Positions 1-8,050 of a stretch of DNA of 64,000 nt are shown piece after piece. How positions within the stretch are numbered: the stretch's first letter is position 1; each line of letters starts with the position of its first letter. Position numbers and translations under genes: made by a program. Source of the DNA: Polyangiales bacterium (GTDB lineage: Bacteria > Myxococcota_A > Polyangia > Polyangiales > Ga0077539); the NCBI GenBank assembly GCA_041389825.1, contig JAWKRC010000007.1, positions 61,093-125,092 of the forward strand. The letters are read 5' to 3'. The notes beneath the pieces were generated by a model that saw only the letters and a list, made by a program, of their open reading frames with translations, was not told the DNA's origin and made no database searches.

Positions 1-1338
1 CACCGCCGACGTGTTCTCTCTCGCGGTGATGACCGTCGAGCTCCTCACCAACACGCCGCTCCCCACGCCCGACGGCCGCGAGACCTGGGCCACGCGCGCG
101 CGGCAGCCCGGCGTCGACCTCGTGGCCGCGCTCGTCGCGCTGCGCGGAGACGTCCCCCGGGCGGTGTGGGAGGTGCTCGGCCGCTCGCTGTCGTCGTCTC
201 CGCGGGCGCGGCCGCAGAGCGTGCAGCAGCTCCAGCGCGCCCTGCGCGAGGCGTGGCAGTCGAGCGGCGAGTGGGACCGTTCGAGCGCGAACGACCCCGA
301 CCCCCCGATGCCCTCGGCCGTCCCCCCGCCGCCGCGCCCCGCGATGCCCGCGGGCTCCGCCGCGAGCGCGATCTCGGGCTGGCGCTCCGCCGAGCGCGTG
401 GCCGAGCCCACCGCCGCGCCAGTGAAGCCCGCGGTGCAGTACGGCGCCACGATGCGCACGCCGCGCGGGATGATCCCGACCGAGCACGCGCCCATCGAGA
501 CCCCCGCGTCACCGAGGGGCACCACGCCCGACCCCACCGAGTACGTGAACCTCGGCGCGCGAGCCTCTGGAGCGAGGGGCCTCCCACCGCGCACGAGGGC
601 ACGCAGGCCCTCGACCTCTCCGTCGCGCAGGCCCTCTTCGGCGAGTCGCTCCCCGACGACGCGCCGGTGTCCGAGGCCCCCGAGGTGGGCACGCAGGTGA
701 TGTCTCGGCCCTTCGCGCCCGCGCCGCAGCCGCCCGCGCCGCTCACCGAGCCGCCCCGCGACGTGCGCGAAGAGACGCGGGCCATCGACCTCGACACCGC
801 CTTCGACAACCTCGAGGGATCGCCGAGCGCGCACGAGTGGCGCGGCTCCATCGCGGGCGAGAGCGACCCCTTCTCGTCTCCGTCGACGGGTCAGGGCTAC
901 ACGCCCCTCACCACGATGAGCCCGCAGCGTGGCCCCGCGCCGCCGCCGTCGTACGAGCCGCCCTCGTACGAGCCCCCTCCGCCGCCGTCCTTCGACCCGC
1001 CGTCGGCGCCGCGCGTGTCGGCGACGCCCTTCGCGCCCGGGCCTCCGATGGCCCCGCCTGGCTATCCGCCGCGGAACTCTCCCGCGCCCGCGCAGCCGCA
1101 GCCCCCGCCTCCGCAGCGGGGAGGCTTCCCCGGCGACGACCCCTTCGCGCCGATGAAGACCATGGCGATGCCCACGTGGCAGACGCCGCCGCTGTCGCAG
1201 CCGTCTCCGCAGCCGCGCGCGTCGACGCCCACCGCGCCGCCGACCGAACCGACGCCCCGCTGGATGATCTACGCGGGCCTCGCGCTCCTGCTCATCATCC
1301 TCGCCGCTGGAGGGTTCCTCTACCTACGGCTTCGTTGA
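1..1338 (+). CDS. Ser/Thr protein kinase, C-terminal part. It is 5'-truncated by the window edge. It contains kinase subdomains IX-XI, a Pro-rich linker and a C-terminal TM anchor. The frame breaks at about nt 560-575.
   Basis: DVFSLAVMTVELLT (subdomain IX) lies at the window start. A Pro-rich PxxP/PPSYEPPSYEPPPPP linker and a terminal hydrophobic helix (LALLLIILAAGGFLYL) precede the stop at 1336-1338. Coding signal moves from the 11..700 frame to the 166..1338 frame near 560-575. Confidence 0.6.
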   Translation, partial: HRRRVLSRGDDRRAPHQHAAPHARRPRDLGHARAAARRRPRGRARRAARRRPPGGVGGARPLAVVVSAGAAAERAAAPARPARGVAVERRVGPFERERPRPPDALGRPPAAAPRDARGLRRERDLGLALRRARGRAHRRASEARGAVRRHDAHAARDDPDRARAHRDPRVTEGHHARPHRVREPRRASLWSEGPPTAHEGTQALDLSVAQALFGESLPDDAPVSEAPEVGTQVMSRPFAPAPQPPAPLTEPPRDVREETRAIDLDTAFDNLEGSPSAHEWRGSIAGESDPFSSPSTGQGYTPLTTMSPQRGPAPPPSYEPPSYEPPPPPSFDPPSAPRVSATPFAPGPPMAPPGYPPRNSPAPAQPQPPPPQRGGFPGDDPFAPMKTMAMPTWQTPPLSQPSPQPRASTPTAPPTEPTPRWMIYAGLALLLIILAAGGFLYLRLR

Positions 1339-1371
1339 TTGTCGCGCGCGGTCGTGGTGCCATCGGGCGCC

Positions 1372-1773
1372 ATGCCCCCGGCCGCGCGACTCGGAGACAA
1401 CCACGTCTGCCCCAAGGTCGAGCCCGGCCCCGTGCCTCACGTGGGCGGGCCCATCCTCCCTGGCTGCGAACCCACGGTGCTCATCGGCAACAAGCCCGCG
1501 GCGCGCGTGGGCGACAAGGCCCAGTGCAACGCGCCGCCCGACACCATCAAGATGGGCGCGCCCTCGGTGCTCATCGGCAACCAGCAGGCCGCGCGCATCG
1601 GAGACCCCACCGCGCACGGCGGCGTGATCGTCGCGGGCGAGTCCACCGTGCTCATCGGGACGACCGCCCAGGCCGCGGTGCTCCGTGCGGCGGCCGCGTC
1701 GGGCGCGCCCTTCTGCGAGGAGTGCGAGCGGGCGCGGGCGCGCATGGCCAGCGAGAGGTCCGCCGCAACGTGA
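1372..1773 (+). CDS. PAAR-domain protein (T6SS spike-tip family). The alternative start is TTG 1339, immediately after the kinase stop.
   Basis: Three PAAR motifs are present (PAARLGD, PAARVGD, AARIGD), spaced by VLIGN segments and conserved Cys/His. The stop TGA 1771-1773 overlaps the next gene's GTG (GTGA). Confidence 0.8.
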   Translation: MPPAARLGDNHVCPKVEPGPVPHVGGPILPGCEPTVLIGNKPAARVGDKAQCNAPPDTIKMGAPSVLIGNQQAARIGDPTAHGGVIVAGESTVLIGTTAQAAVLRAAAASGAPFCEECERARARMASERSAAT

Positions 1774-2318
1774 GCGAGGGCGACCGCGCCGCCGCGGTGG
1801 TCGAGCGACTTCGCGCCGAGGGAGAGGGCCTCTACGCGGTGCTCGACGCCGCCCGCGACGACCACGTGCTCGCGGCCATCTCCCGCTCGGGGGAGCGCTT
1901 CCGATCGCTCTACGAGGGCTGGCAGGGCGACGGCCTCGCCGACGTGGCCCCGTACCTCGTCGAGCTCCCCTCGGGCAGCGCCTTCGTCGATCGGCTGGTG
2001 CGCGAGGGCTGGGGCGAGTCGTGGGGGATCTTCCTCGTGACGCCCGAGGATTTCTTCTCCGTGCGACGTCACCTCCGGCGCTTCCTCCGCGTGGTCGACC
2101 ACGACGGCAAGCGCTTGCTCTTCCGCTACTACGACCCGCGGGTGATGCGCGCGTGGCTGCCCACCTGCACGCCCGACGAGACCCGCGCCTTCTTCGGGAG
2201 CGCCTCGGCCTTCATCACCGAGGGCCGCCGCGGAGCGACCTTCTTGCGCTTCACGCCTGGGCCCGAGGGGGCCGAGGTCGAGACCTTCCCACTGCCTGAC
2301 GAGAGCCCCGAGCCATGA
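1770..2318 (+). CDS. DUF4123-family protein (T6SS effector adaptor/chaperone, Tap/Tec-like).
   Basis: Carries LYAVLDAARD...ADVAPYLVEL...WG.FLVT...HLRRFLRV...LLFRYYDPRVMRAWLP...FFG signatures. GTG 1770 overlaps the PAAR stop. The stop overlaps the next ATG (ATGA at 2315-2318). Confidence 0.75.
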   Translation: MSEGDRAAAVVERLRAEGEGLYAVLDAARDDHVLAAISRSGERFRSLYEGWQGDGLADVAPYLVELPSGSAFVDRLVREGWGESWGIFLVTPEDFFSVRRHLRRFLRVVDHDGKRLLFRYYDPRVMRAWLPTCTPDETRAFFGSASAFITEGRRGATFLRFTPGPEGAEVETFPLPDESPEP

Positions 2319-3205
2319 CCGCGCTGTCGCTCCGCCTGACCATCCTCACCGGCCCGCACTCGGGCCACGTCGTCGACGTGCCCGCGGGCGCGCCCCGCAC
2401 CTTCGGCCGCGGCGCCGCGAGCGACGTGCAGCTCCTCGACGAGGCGATGTCCGAGGTGCACTTCGCGCTGCACCTCGACGACGCGGGCGCGGTGCAGGTG
2501 CGCGACCTCTCGGGCGGAGGCACCACGCTCAACGACCGCGGCGTGACCGACGGCGCCGCGCGCGACGGCGACCACCTCAGCGCGGGCGCGACGCGCTTCT
2601 CCATCGCGGTGGTGTCCTCCGACGGCCCCGTGGTCGAAGACGTCGACGAGCTCTCGCCCGAGCTGGTCGCCGCGGCGATGCAGCGGAGCGCGCCCGACTG
2701 CGCGCGCTGGGCGCTCCAGTCCGAAGACGGCTCGCACTACGCGCTGGTCGACGTGGCGAACGACCCCGAGCTCCTTCGCCTCTTCGAGGCGGGCGGCGAG
2801 AGCTACTGCGCCCTCGACGAGACCCGCGACCCCGACGACCTCGGCGAGACCGCCCCCGTGCTCGCCTACCTCCCCGTGGGGACGGAGTTCCTCGCGCAGG
2901 TCTTCGACGAGTGCTGGTCGATGGGCAACGCGGTCTTCTTCGCGAGCGACCGGCCCTTCATCGAGGTCTACGACCACGTCATCCGCCAGCTCACCTGGGA
3001 GGAGGACGGCCGCATCGGGGGCCTGCGCTTCTGGCTCCCGCGGGTGCTCGCGGCGCAGCTCCCGGGCACCGACGCCGAGCGCGCGGCGGCCTTCTTCGGT
3101 CCGGTGCGGGCGTTCCTCGTCGAGAGCGAAGACGGCCGCGAGGCGCTGCGCTTCTCGCTAGAGGGCGGGGCCGTGGTGCAGCGGCGGATCGCGCTGCAGC
3201 TCTGA
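2315..3205 (+). CDS. FHA domain fused to a second DUF4123 domain.
   Basis: N-terminal FHA signature (RTFGRG..SDVQL...HF.L......V.DLSGGGTTLN). The C-terminal half repeats the DUF4123 pattern (HYALVDVANDPELL...APVLAYLPVG...LRFWLPRVLAAQLP...FFGPVRAF). Confidence 0.75.
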   Translation: MTALSLRLTILTGPHSGHVVDVPAGAPRTFGRGAASDVQLLDEAMSEVHFALHLDDAGAVQVRDLSGGGTTLNDRGVTDGAARDGDHLSAGATRFSIAVVSSDGPVVEDVDELSPELVAAAMQRSAPDCARWALQSEDGSHYALVDVANDPELLRLFEAGGESYCALDETRDPDDLGETAPVLAYLPVGTEFLAQVFDECWSMGNAVFFASDRPFIEVYDHVIRQLTWEEDGRIGGLRFWLPRVLAAQLPGTDAERAAAFFGPVRAFLVESEDGREALRFSLEGGAVVQRRIALQL

Positions 3206-3385
3206 GCGGGGCGCCCACACCCCCACGGTCTCGCGCATCGGCGACGGGTCGAACAATCTCGACCAGAGCGCGTCGCCGTCGTCGGTGAGCTCCGCGAGGA
3301 AGGCCGCGTCGAGCGTGACCCACTTCATCTTCCGCAGGAGCCCCTGCGTGGCCTTCACGAAGGTCTGGAGCCTCGGGTCTTCGAC
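3158..3385 (-). CDS. Small hypothetical protein convergent with the DUF4123 genes. Its start is uncertain. The open frame with coding-like GC3 runs up to about 3597.
   Basis: The minus-strand frame shows about 90% G/C at codon position 3 over about 146 codons. The ATG at 3358 gives 66 aa (MKWVTLDAAFLAELTDDGDALWSRLFDPSPMRETVGVWAP...). An in-frame GTG lies at 3385. There is no canonical start further upstream. Confidence 0.3.
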   Translation of the reverse strand, partial: VEDPRLQTFVKATQGLLRKMKWVTLDAAFLAELTDDGDALWSRLFDPSPMRETVGVWAPRSELQRDPPLHHGPAL

Positions 3386-3946
3386 GCCCGCGAGGCGCGT
3401 CTCTTCGACCCACGCGCCGTCGTCGTGAGTCTCTCCGCGGAGGCGGCACTCTTGAAGCGTGGCGAAGCGGCCGACGCGCGAAGCCCACGCGGGCGCGTCT
3501 CGTCGGGCGACGCGGGATTCACGACACCGATTTCGCGCGTCTCGGTACAGGCGGTCGTCGGTGGTGGCGACGAGGCCAGAGCCATCGCGCGCCCTCTCCG
3601 TCGACCCCTAGACGGCCCGAGCGGGGAGGCCTCGGCGCAGGCGGTCGCGAAGCGGTCGAGCTCGGCGTCGTCCGGTGCGCGTCGGGTCGAGGCGCGGCCC
3701 GCGAGGCGCGCGAGGCGCGGTGCCGCTCGCGCTCACGGGTGATGCCGCAGGTGCCGCCGCAGGTGGACATCGGTGGAGCATCCCCAGAGGTCGCGGAGGA
3801 GCAAGGCGCACCCGACGCGGTTCGGGTGGGGACGCGGGCGTTCCGGCCGTCACCGTCTTCGCGTGGGAGTGATCCCACCAGGACGCGCGGACCAGGCCGC
3901 CGACGCGCCCGTGAGCGCCCGTGACCGCGCAGAGAGGAGATCCACC

Positions 3947-4318
3947 GTGTCGACGCACCCATCGAAGCTCTCTGGCGCCCTGATCCTCGCGTTCGCGCTC
4001 GCAGGAGCGCGCTGCGGAGACTCGCAGTCGGTCACCGCCGACTCGGGGGTCGCCTGCACCGCGCCCACCTACCGCTGGAACGAGTCGACGAACGCCGCCG
4101 GTCCGAGCCGATGCACCTCCGACTGCCAGTGCGACGGCGCGCGTCGGTGCGACACCGACGGCAACTGCGACGGCACCGCCCGCGACTGCCTCGCCCCCTC
4201 GTGGTCGTGGGACGAGTCCACGAACGACGGCGGGCCGAACCGCTGCGACGACGCCTGCCAGTGCGACGGCGCCCGCACCTGCAGCGCCGCGGGCGTCTGT
4301 CAGGGCACCGCGCGCTGA
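3947..4318 (+). CDS. Small secreted cysteine-rich protein with an internal duplication (12 Cys).
   Basis: GTG 3947 is preceded by a GGAGA RBS. A signal peptide (SKLSGALILAFALAGA) is present. Two copies of Y/W.W.ESTN..GP.RC...CQCDGAR.C are present. Confidence 0.55.
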   Translation: MSTHPSKLSGALILAFALAGARCGDSQSVTADSGVACTAPTYRWNESTNAAGPSRCTSDCQCDGARRCDTDGNCDGTARDCLAPSWSWDESTNDGGPNRCDDACQCDGARTCSAAGVCQGTAR

Positions 4319-4383
4319 CCTCGCGGGCGTGGGTCGCGTGGCCCTTGACCTCGGGCGCGCGGCGTTGCCCCATCGCCCACCCC

Positions 4384-5325
4384 ATGGAGATCGCGCTCGT
4401 CATGGGCTTCCCCGCGTCGGGGAAGTCCACCTGGACCCAGAAGAACCTCCCCTCGCACCGTCGCGTGAACCGCGACCTCGACGGAGGCAGCCTCGACGAC
4501 CTCCTCCCGCTCATCGAGCGCGCCCTCGACGCGGGGGAGAGCGTGGTGCTCGACAACACCTACGCCACCGTCGACACCCGCAGGCCCGTGCTCGATCTCG
4601 CGAAGCGCCGCGGGGTGCCCGTGCGCTGCGTGTGGCTCGACGGCTCCATCGAAGACGCCCAGCGCAACGCCGCGATCCGGCTCGTGCAGAAGCACGGCAG
4701 GCTCCCCTCGCCCGCCGAGATCAAATCGCTCGGCAAGAACGACCCCAACACCTTTCCGCCCGCGCCGCTCTTCGCGTACCGCAAGCGCTTCGAGAAGCCC
4801 ACCGCGGCCGAGGGCTTCGCCGCCATCGACCGCGTCGCCTTCGCGCGCGAGCTGCACGCGGGGGTGGGCGATCGTCGCGCGGTGATCCTCGACTACGACG
4901 GCACGCTGCGCGCCACGAAGAGCGGAGAGAAATACCCGCGCAGCCCCGACGACATCGCGATCCTCCCCGGGCGCGCCGAGAAGCTCGCGAGGCTCAAGGC
5001 CGACGGATGGCTCCTCTTCGGCGTCTCGAACCAGGGCGACGTCGCGCGCGGAAAGCTCTCCGCGGACGACGCCCGCGCCTGCTTTGCGCGCACCAACGAG
5101 CTCCTCGGCCACGACATCGAGGTGCGCTTCTGCCCGCACGACCCCGCGCCCATCTCGTGCTGGTGCCGTAAGCCCATGCCCGGCTTCGGCGTCGAGATCG
5201 CGGTGCTCCACGGCCTCGACCCCGCGCGCTGCGTGATGGTCGGCGACCAGACCACCGACGAGACCTTCGCGAAGCGAGCGGGCTTCGCCTTCGAGCACGC
5301 CGACCGCTTCTTCTCGACGCCGTAG
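4384..5325 (+). CDS. Bifunctional polynucleotide 5'-kinase / 3'-phosphatase-like protein. It has an N-terminal P-loop kinase and a C-terminal HAD phosphatase, the same order as T4 Pnk.
   Basis: Walker A GFPASGKST is present. HAD motifs are ILDYDGTL (DxDGT), GVSNQ and MVGDQTTDE. The CWCRKPMPGFG motif is the C.CRKP.PG hallmark of PNKP/GmhB-type 3'-phosphatases. Confidence 0.8.
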   Translation: MEIALVMGFPASGKSTWTQKNLPSHRRVNRDLDGGSLDDLLPLIERALDAGESVVLDNTYATVDTRRPVLDLAKRRGVPVRCVWLDGSIEDAQRNAAIRLVQKHGRLPSPAEIKSLGKNDPNTFPPAPLFAYRKRFEKPTAAEGFAAIDRVAFARELHAGVGDRRAVILDYDGTLRATKSGEKYPRSPDDIAILPGRAEKLARLKADGWLLFGVSNQGDVARGKLSADDARACFARTNELLGHDIEVRFCPHDPAPISCWCRKPMPGFGVEIAVLHGLDPARCVMVGDQTTDETFAKRAGFAFEHADRFFSTP

Positions 5326-5366
5326 CGCCCCGCGCCGCGGCGCTTCGGGTAGCCTCGCGCTCGCGC

Positions 5367-5843
5367 ATGAGCACGCCGCTCCGCGAGCGACCCTACGACT
5401 GGATCTTCGTCGGGGTCTTCGGCCTCCTGACCCCGACCACCGTGGTCTTCGACCTGCTCCCGCTCCTCGGCGTGGGGTGGGCGCGGCGCGCGATCGAGGT
5501 CGGCTACGCGCCCTGCGACCCGATGTTCGTCGCGATGCCGCCGTTCCTGCGCGTGGGCGTGGTCGCCTCGGCGGTGCTCTGGTGGCCGCTATACCTCTAC
5601 TTCGCCTGGGGCTTCGTGAAGGGGCGCAACGCGATCCGCACCGCCGCGCTCCTCTACGCGGGGGCCCTGACCATGGCGATGACCATGATCTTCGCCGAGG
5701 CGCTGTTCAGCGCCGTCCCCGGGTGGCGCACGCCGGCGCCCGCGACCTTCATCGCGGCCAACGCCGCGTACCTCGTGCTGCCGCTCGCGCTCGCGTGGCG
5801 CATGCGCTCGCCCTTCCCCTTCGGCGGAGACCAGCCCGGGTAG
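5367..5843 (+). CDS. Four-TM membrane protein, EXPERA/TMEM97-like.
   Basis: 158 aa with four hydrophobic helices. Size and topology resemble the EXPERA family. The ATG start is present. Confidence 0.5.
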   Translation: MSTPLRERPYDWIFVGVFGLLTPTTVVFDLLPLLGVGWARRAIEVGYAPCDPMFVAMPPFLRVGVVASAVLWWPLYLYFAWGFVKGRNAIRTAALLYAGALTMAMTMIFAEALFSAVPGWRTPAPATFIAANAAYLVLPLALAWRMRSPFPFGGDQPG

Positions 5844-5846
5844 CGC

Positions 5847-7537
5847 CTACGCGCTGCCGAGCGTGCCGAACCACCGCCGCGGCCCCTGCCGCACGACGCT
5901 CGCCGCCACCAGCAGCACCAAGAGCGCCGCGCTCACCCACTCCACGGGGGTGTGCGCGTGGCGCGCGAGGCCGTGGATCTCGGGCACGCTCCCCCGCGGG
6001 ATCAGCGCGTTGGCGACCCAGCCCGCCGCCGCGCCCACCAGCACCAGCACCACGGGCAGCGTGCGCGCCGCCCTCGGCCCCGCGTGCTCGCGGAAGGCTC
6101 CGATGGTCACGGGCCCGGAGCCCCCGGCCACCAGCACCCACGCGAGCGCCGCGCCCACCGACAGGCCCTTGTGCACCAGCACCGCCGCGACGGGCAGCGC
6201 CGCGAGGAGCCCGCTCGAACGCAACCCCCGCGAGCGCGCCCAGGAGCACGTCCCACCGGCCGCAGAGCGGCGCGAGGAGCGAGGGGTCGAGGGCCGCCTC
6301 GAGCACCGCCGCGGCCACGAAGCCGAGCGACAGCCGCAGCGCCGAGGTGTCGAGCCGGTCGTGCGCCGCGACCGTCGCGACCGGGCCGTCGCTCTCTTCT
6401 TCGTCGTGGTGGTGGTGATGGTGGTGGCCGTGGTCGTGGGTCACGCCCGTGTTCGCGGGCGCGCGGCGCTCCCTGCGCAGCGCGAGCGCGAGGCCCGCGG
6501 CGCCCACCGCCACCGCCGCGACCGCGGCCCCGGCGAAGCGCCATCCCCATCAATCGCGCGCCCAGCGTGAGCGACACCGGGTCGAGCGCGACCCGCGCCG
6601 CCGCCCACGCGCCGAGCGCCGCCACGGGGAGGCCCTCGCGCAGCATCCCGTGGAGGCCCTCGGGCTCGCGCAGCCCTCGCAAGGTCGACGCGAACAGGCC
6701 GTGCCCCGTCGTCGGCGCGACGCGGCGCAGGAGCGCGAGGAGCGCGACGCCCACGAGCACCGCGGGCGCGCACTCGACGAAGAGGGCCGTGAGCGCGTCG
6801 GCGGCGTTGAGCTCCGCGGCCTGCGAGCGCAGGAGCACGCTGTCGGGGTCGGGCACCCACACCACCAGCGCCGCGCCGAAGAGGAAGGCCGCGCCCGAGA
6901 GCGCGCGACCGCGCACCGTGGTGGGCGGCGGCGAGTGACTGTGCAGCACGAGCCGCAGGATCGCCCCCGCCGCGAGGGCCACCACCGCGTCGAGGAAGGC
7001 GTCAGGGACGTGCGTGAGGAGCAGCCGACCTCCGACGGCGCCGATCACCGTCGCGGCGCCCACGGCGCCGAGGCGGAGGGCCGTGCCGCGCCAGCCGAAG
7101 ATGGGCAGGAGCGCCGAGGTCATGAACAGCCCCTCGGGCAGCCGGTGCAGGAGCAGCGCCGCCACGAGGCCCGGACGGAAGCCCGCGCCCGACGAGGCCG
7201 TGGCCACCGCGAGGCCCGCGCCGTCGCTCAGCGCGTGCAGGGCGAGCGCGGGGACGACCACCTGCGCGCCCACGCGCGCGCCGCCGCGGTGGAGCTTGCG
7301 GTCGGCGCCCCAGAGGAGCGCGTAGCCCGCGAGCACGAGGAGGATGCCCGTCACGGCGCCGACGCCCTCGACGACGTGCGGCACGAGGCGCAGCGCGAGG
7401 ATGGTGGGCACCACGCCGAGGGTGAAGCCCTCGATGGCGGCGGAGGGCAGGGCGCGGCCGCGGCCGAGGGCGACCAGGGCGGGGCCCACCGCGAGGCCCG
7501 CCAGCGAGAGCGCCAGCGACGTGACGAGGAGGCTCAC
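5847..7537 (-). CDS. His-rich polytopic membrane transporter, ZupT/ZIP-like. It lies immediately downstream of the Zur-like regulator. The frame breaks at about 6535 and about 6235, so the model is stitched over three frames.
   Basis: LHRLPEGLF matches the ZIP TM4 HN.PEG motif. A HDHGHHHHHHHDEEESD tract is present. Coding-like segments lie in frames 7537-6540, 6548-6250 and 6224-5847. R/G-rich junk follows in each abandoned frame. Confidence 0.4.
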
Positions 7538-7553
7538 GACAGGTCCCGGTGGC

Positions 7554-8009
7554 CTACTCGCAGTTGTCGCAGCGGCCCTTCACCTGGATCTCGACGTCGC
7601 CCCCGCGCAGCGACCGCGGCGCGCCGCGGGTGGCGTGGACCTCGATGATCTCCTCGGGAAGGCAGGTGACGTCGCCGCACGCGTCGCAGACGAAGTGGGG
7701 GTGAGGCTCGTTGCCGTGCGCGTCGCTCGCCTCGCCCTTCACCTCGAAGCGCCACACGTGGTCGCCCAGGTCGGTGCGACGGAGCAGCCCCGCGTCGGTG
7801 AGGTCGATGAGGTTGCGGTAGATCGTCGCCCGGTCCCACCCGTCGGGGGCGAGCGCCTCGAGAGCCTCCGGGTGGCTCACCGGCGAGGTCGCGCGCTCGA
7901 GGTGCTCGAGCACCGCCACGCGCGGGGCCGTGACGCGCAGGCCCGCCGCGCGGATCCGTTCTCTCAAGGCCCCGACCTCGGTGACCCTCTGCCTCGACGC
8001 GCGCGTCAT
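7554..8009 (-). CDS. Fur-family metalloregulator, probably Zur.
   Basis: 151 aa with a winged-helix N-terminus. Two CxxC pairs are present (CDACGDVTC ... CDNC). It sits directly upstream of, and co-directional with, the ZIP-like transporter. Confidence 0.85.
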   Translation of the reverse strand: MTRASRQRVTEVGALRERIRAAGLRVTAPRVAVLEHLERATSPVSHPEALEALAPDGWDRATIYRNLIDLTDAGLLRRTDLGDHVWRFEVKGEASDAHGNEPHPHFVCDACGDVTCLPEEIIEVHATRGAPRSLRGGDVEIQVKGRCDNCE

Positions 8010-8050
8010 GCCTCGGGCTGTACCTTCCCCGTGGGCTTATTGCAATCGAG
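8010..8050. promoter_or_regulatory. AT-rich island upstream of the Fur-family gene. It contains the 8-bp palindrome ATTGCAAT and is a candidate operator/promoter element.
   Basis: It is the only AT-rich stretch in a 72% GC neighbourhood. The palindrome lies at about 8039-8046. The intergenic region is only 41 nt. Confidence 0.25.

Noticed and set aside
4111-4383. N-terminal 91-aa extension of the Pnk-like ORF.
   Set aside because: It is an Arg-rich, non-protein-like translation. The ATG at 4384 sits at the expected distance before the P-loop.
6107-7537. Treating the 476-aa ORF as one intact protein.
   Set aside because: Its last about 150 aa are Arg/Gly-rich junk (GRGRGGGGGRRGPRARAAQ...). 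Real coding continues in other frames.
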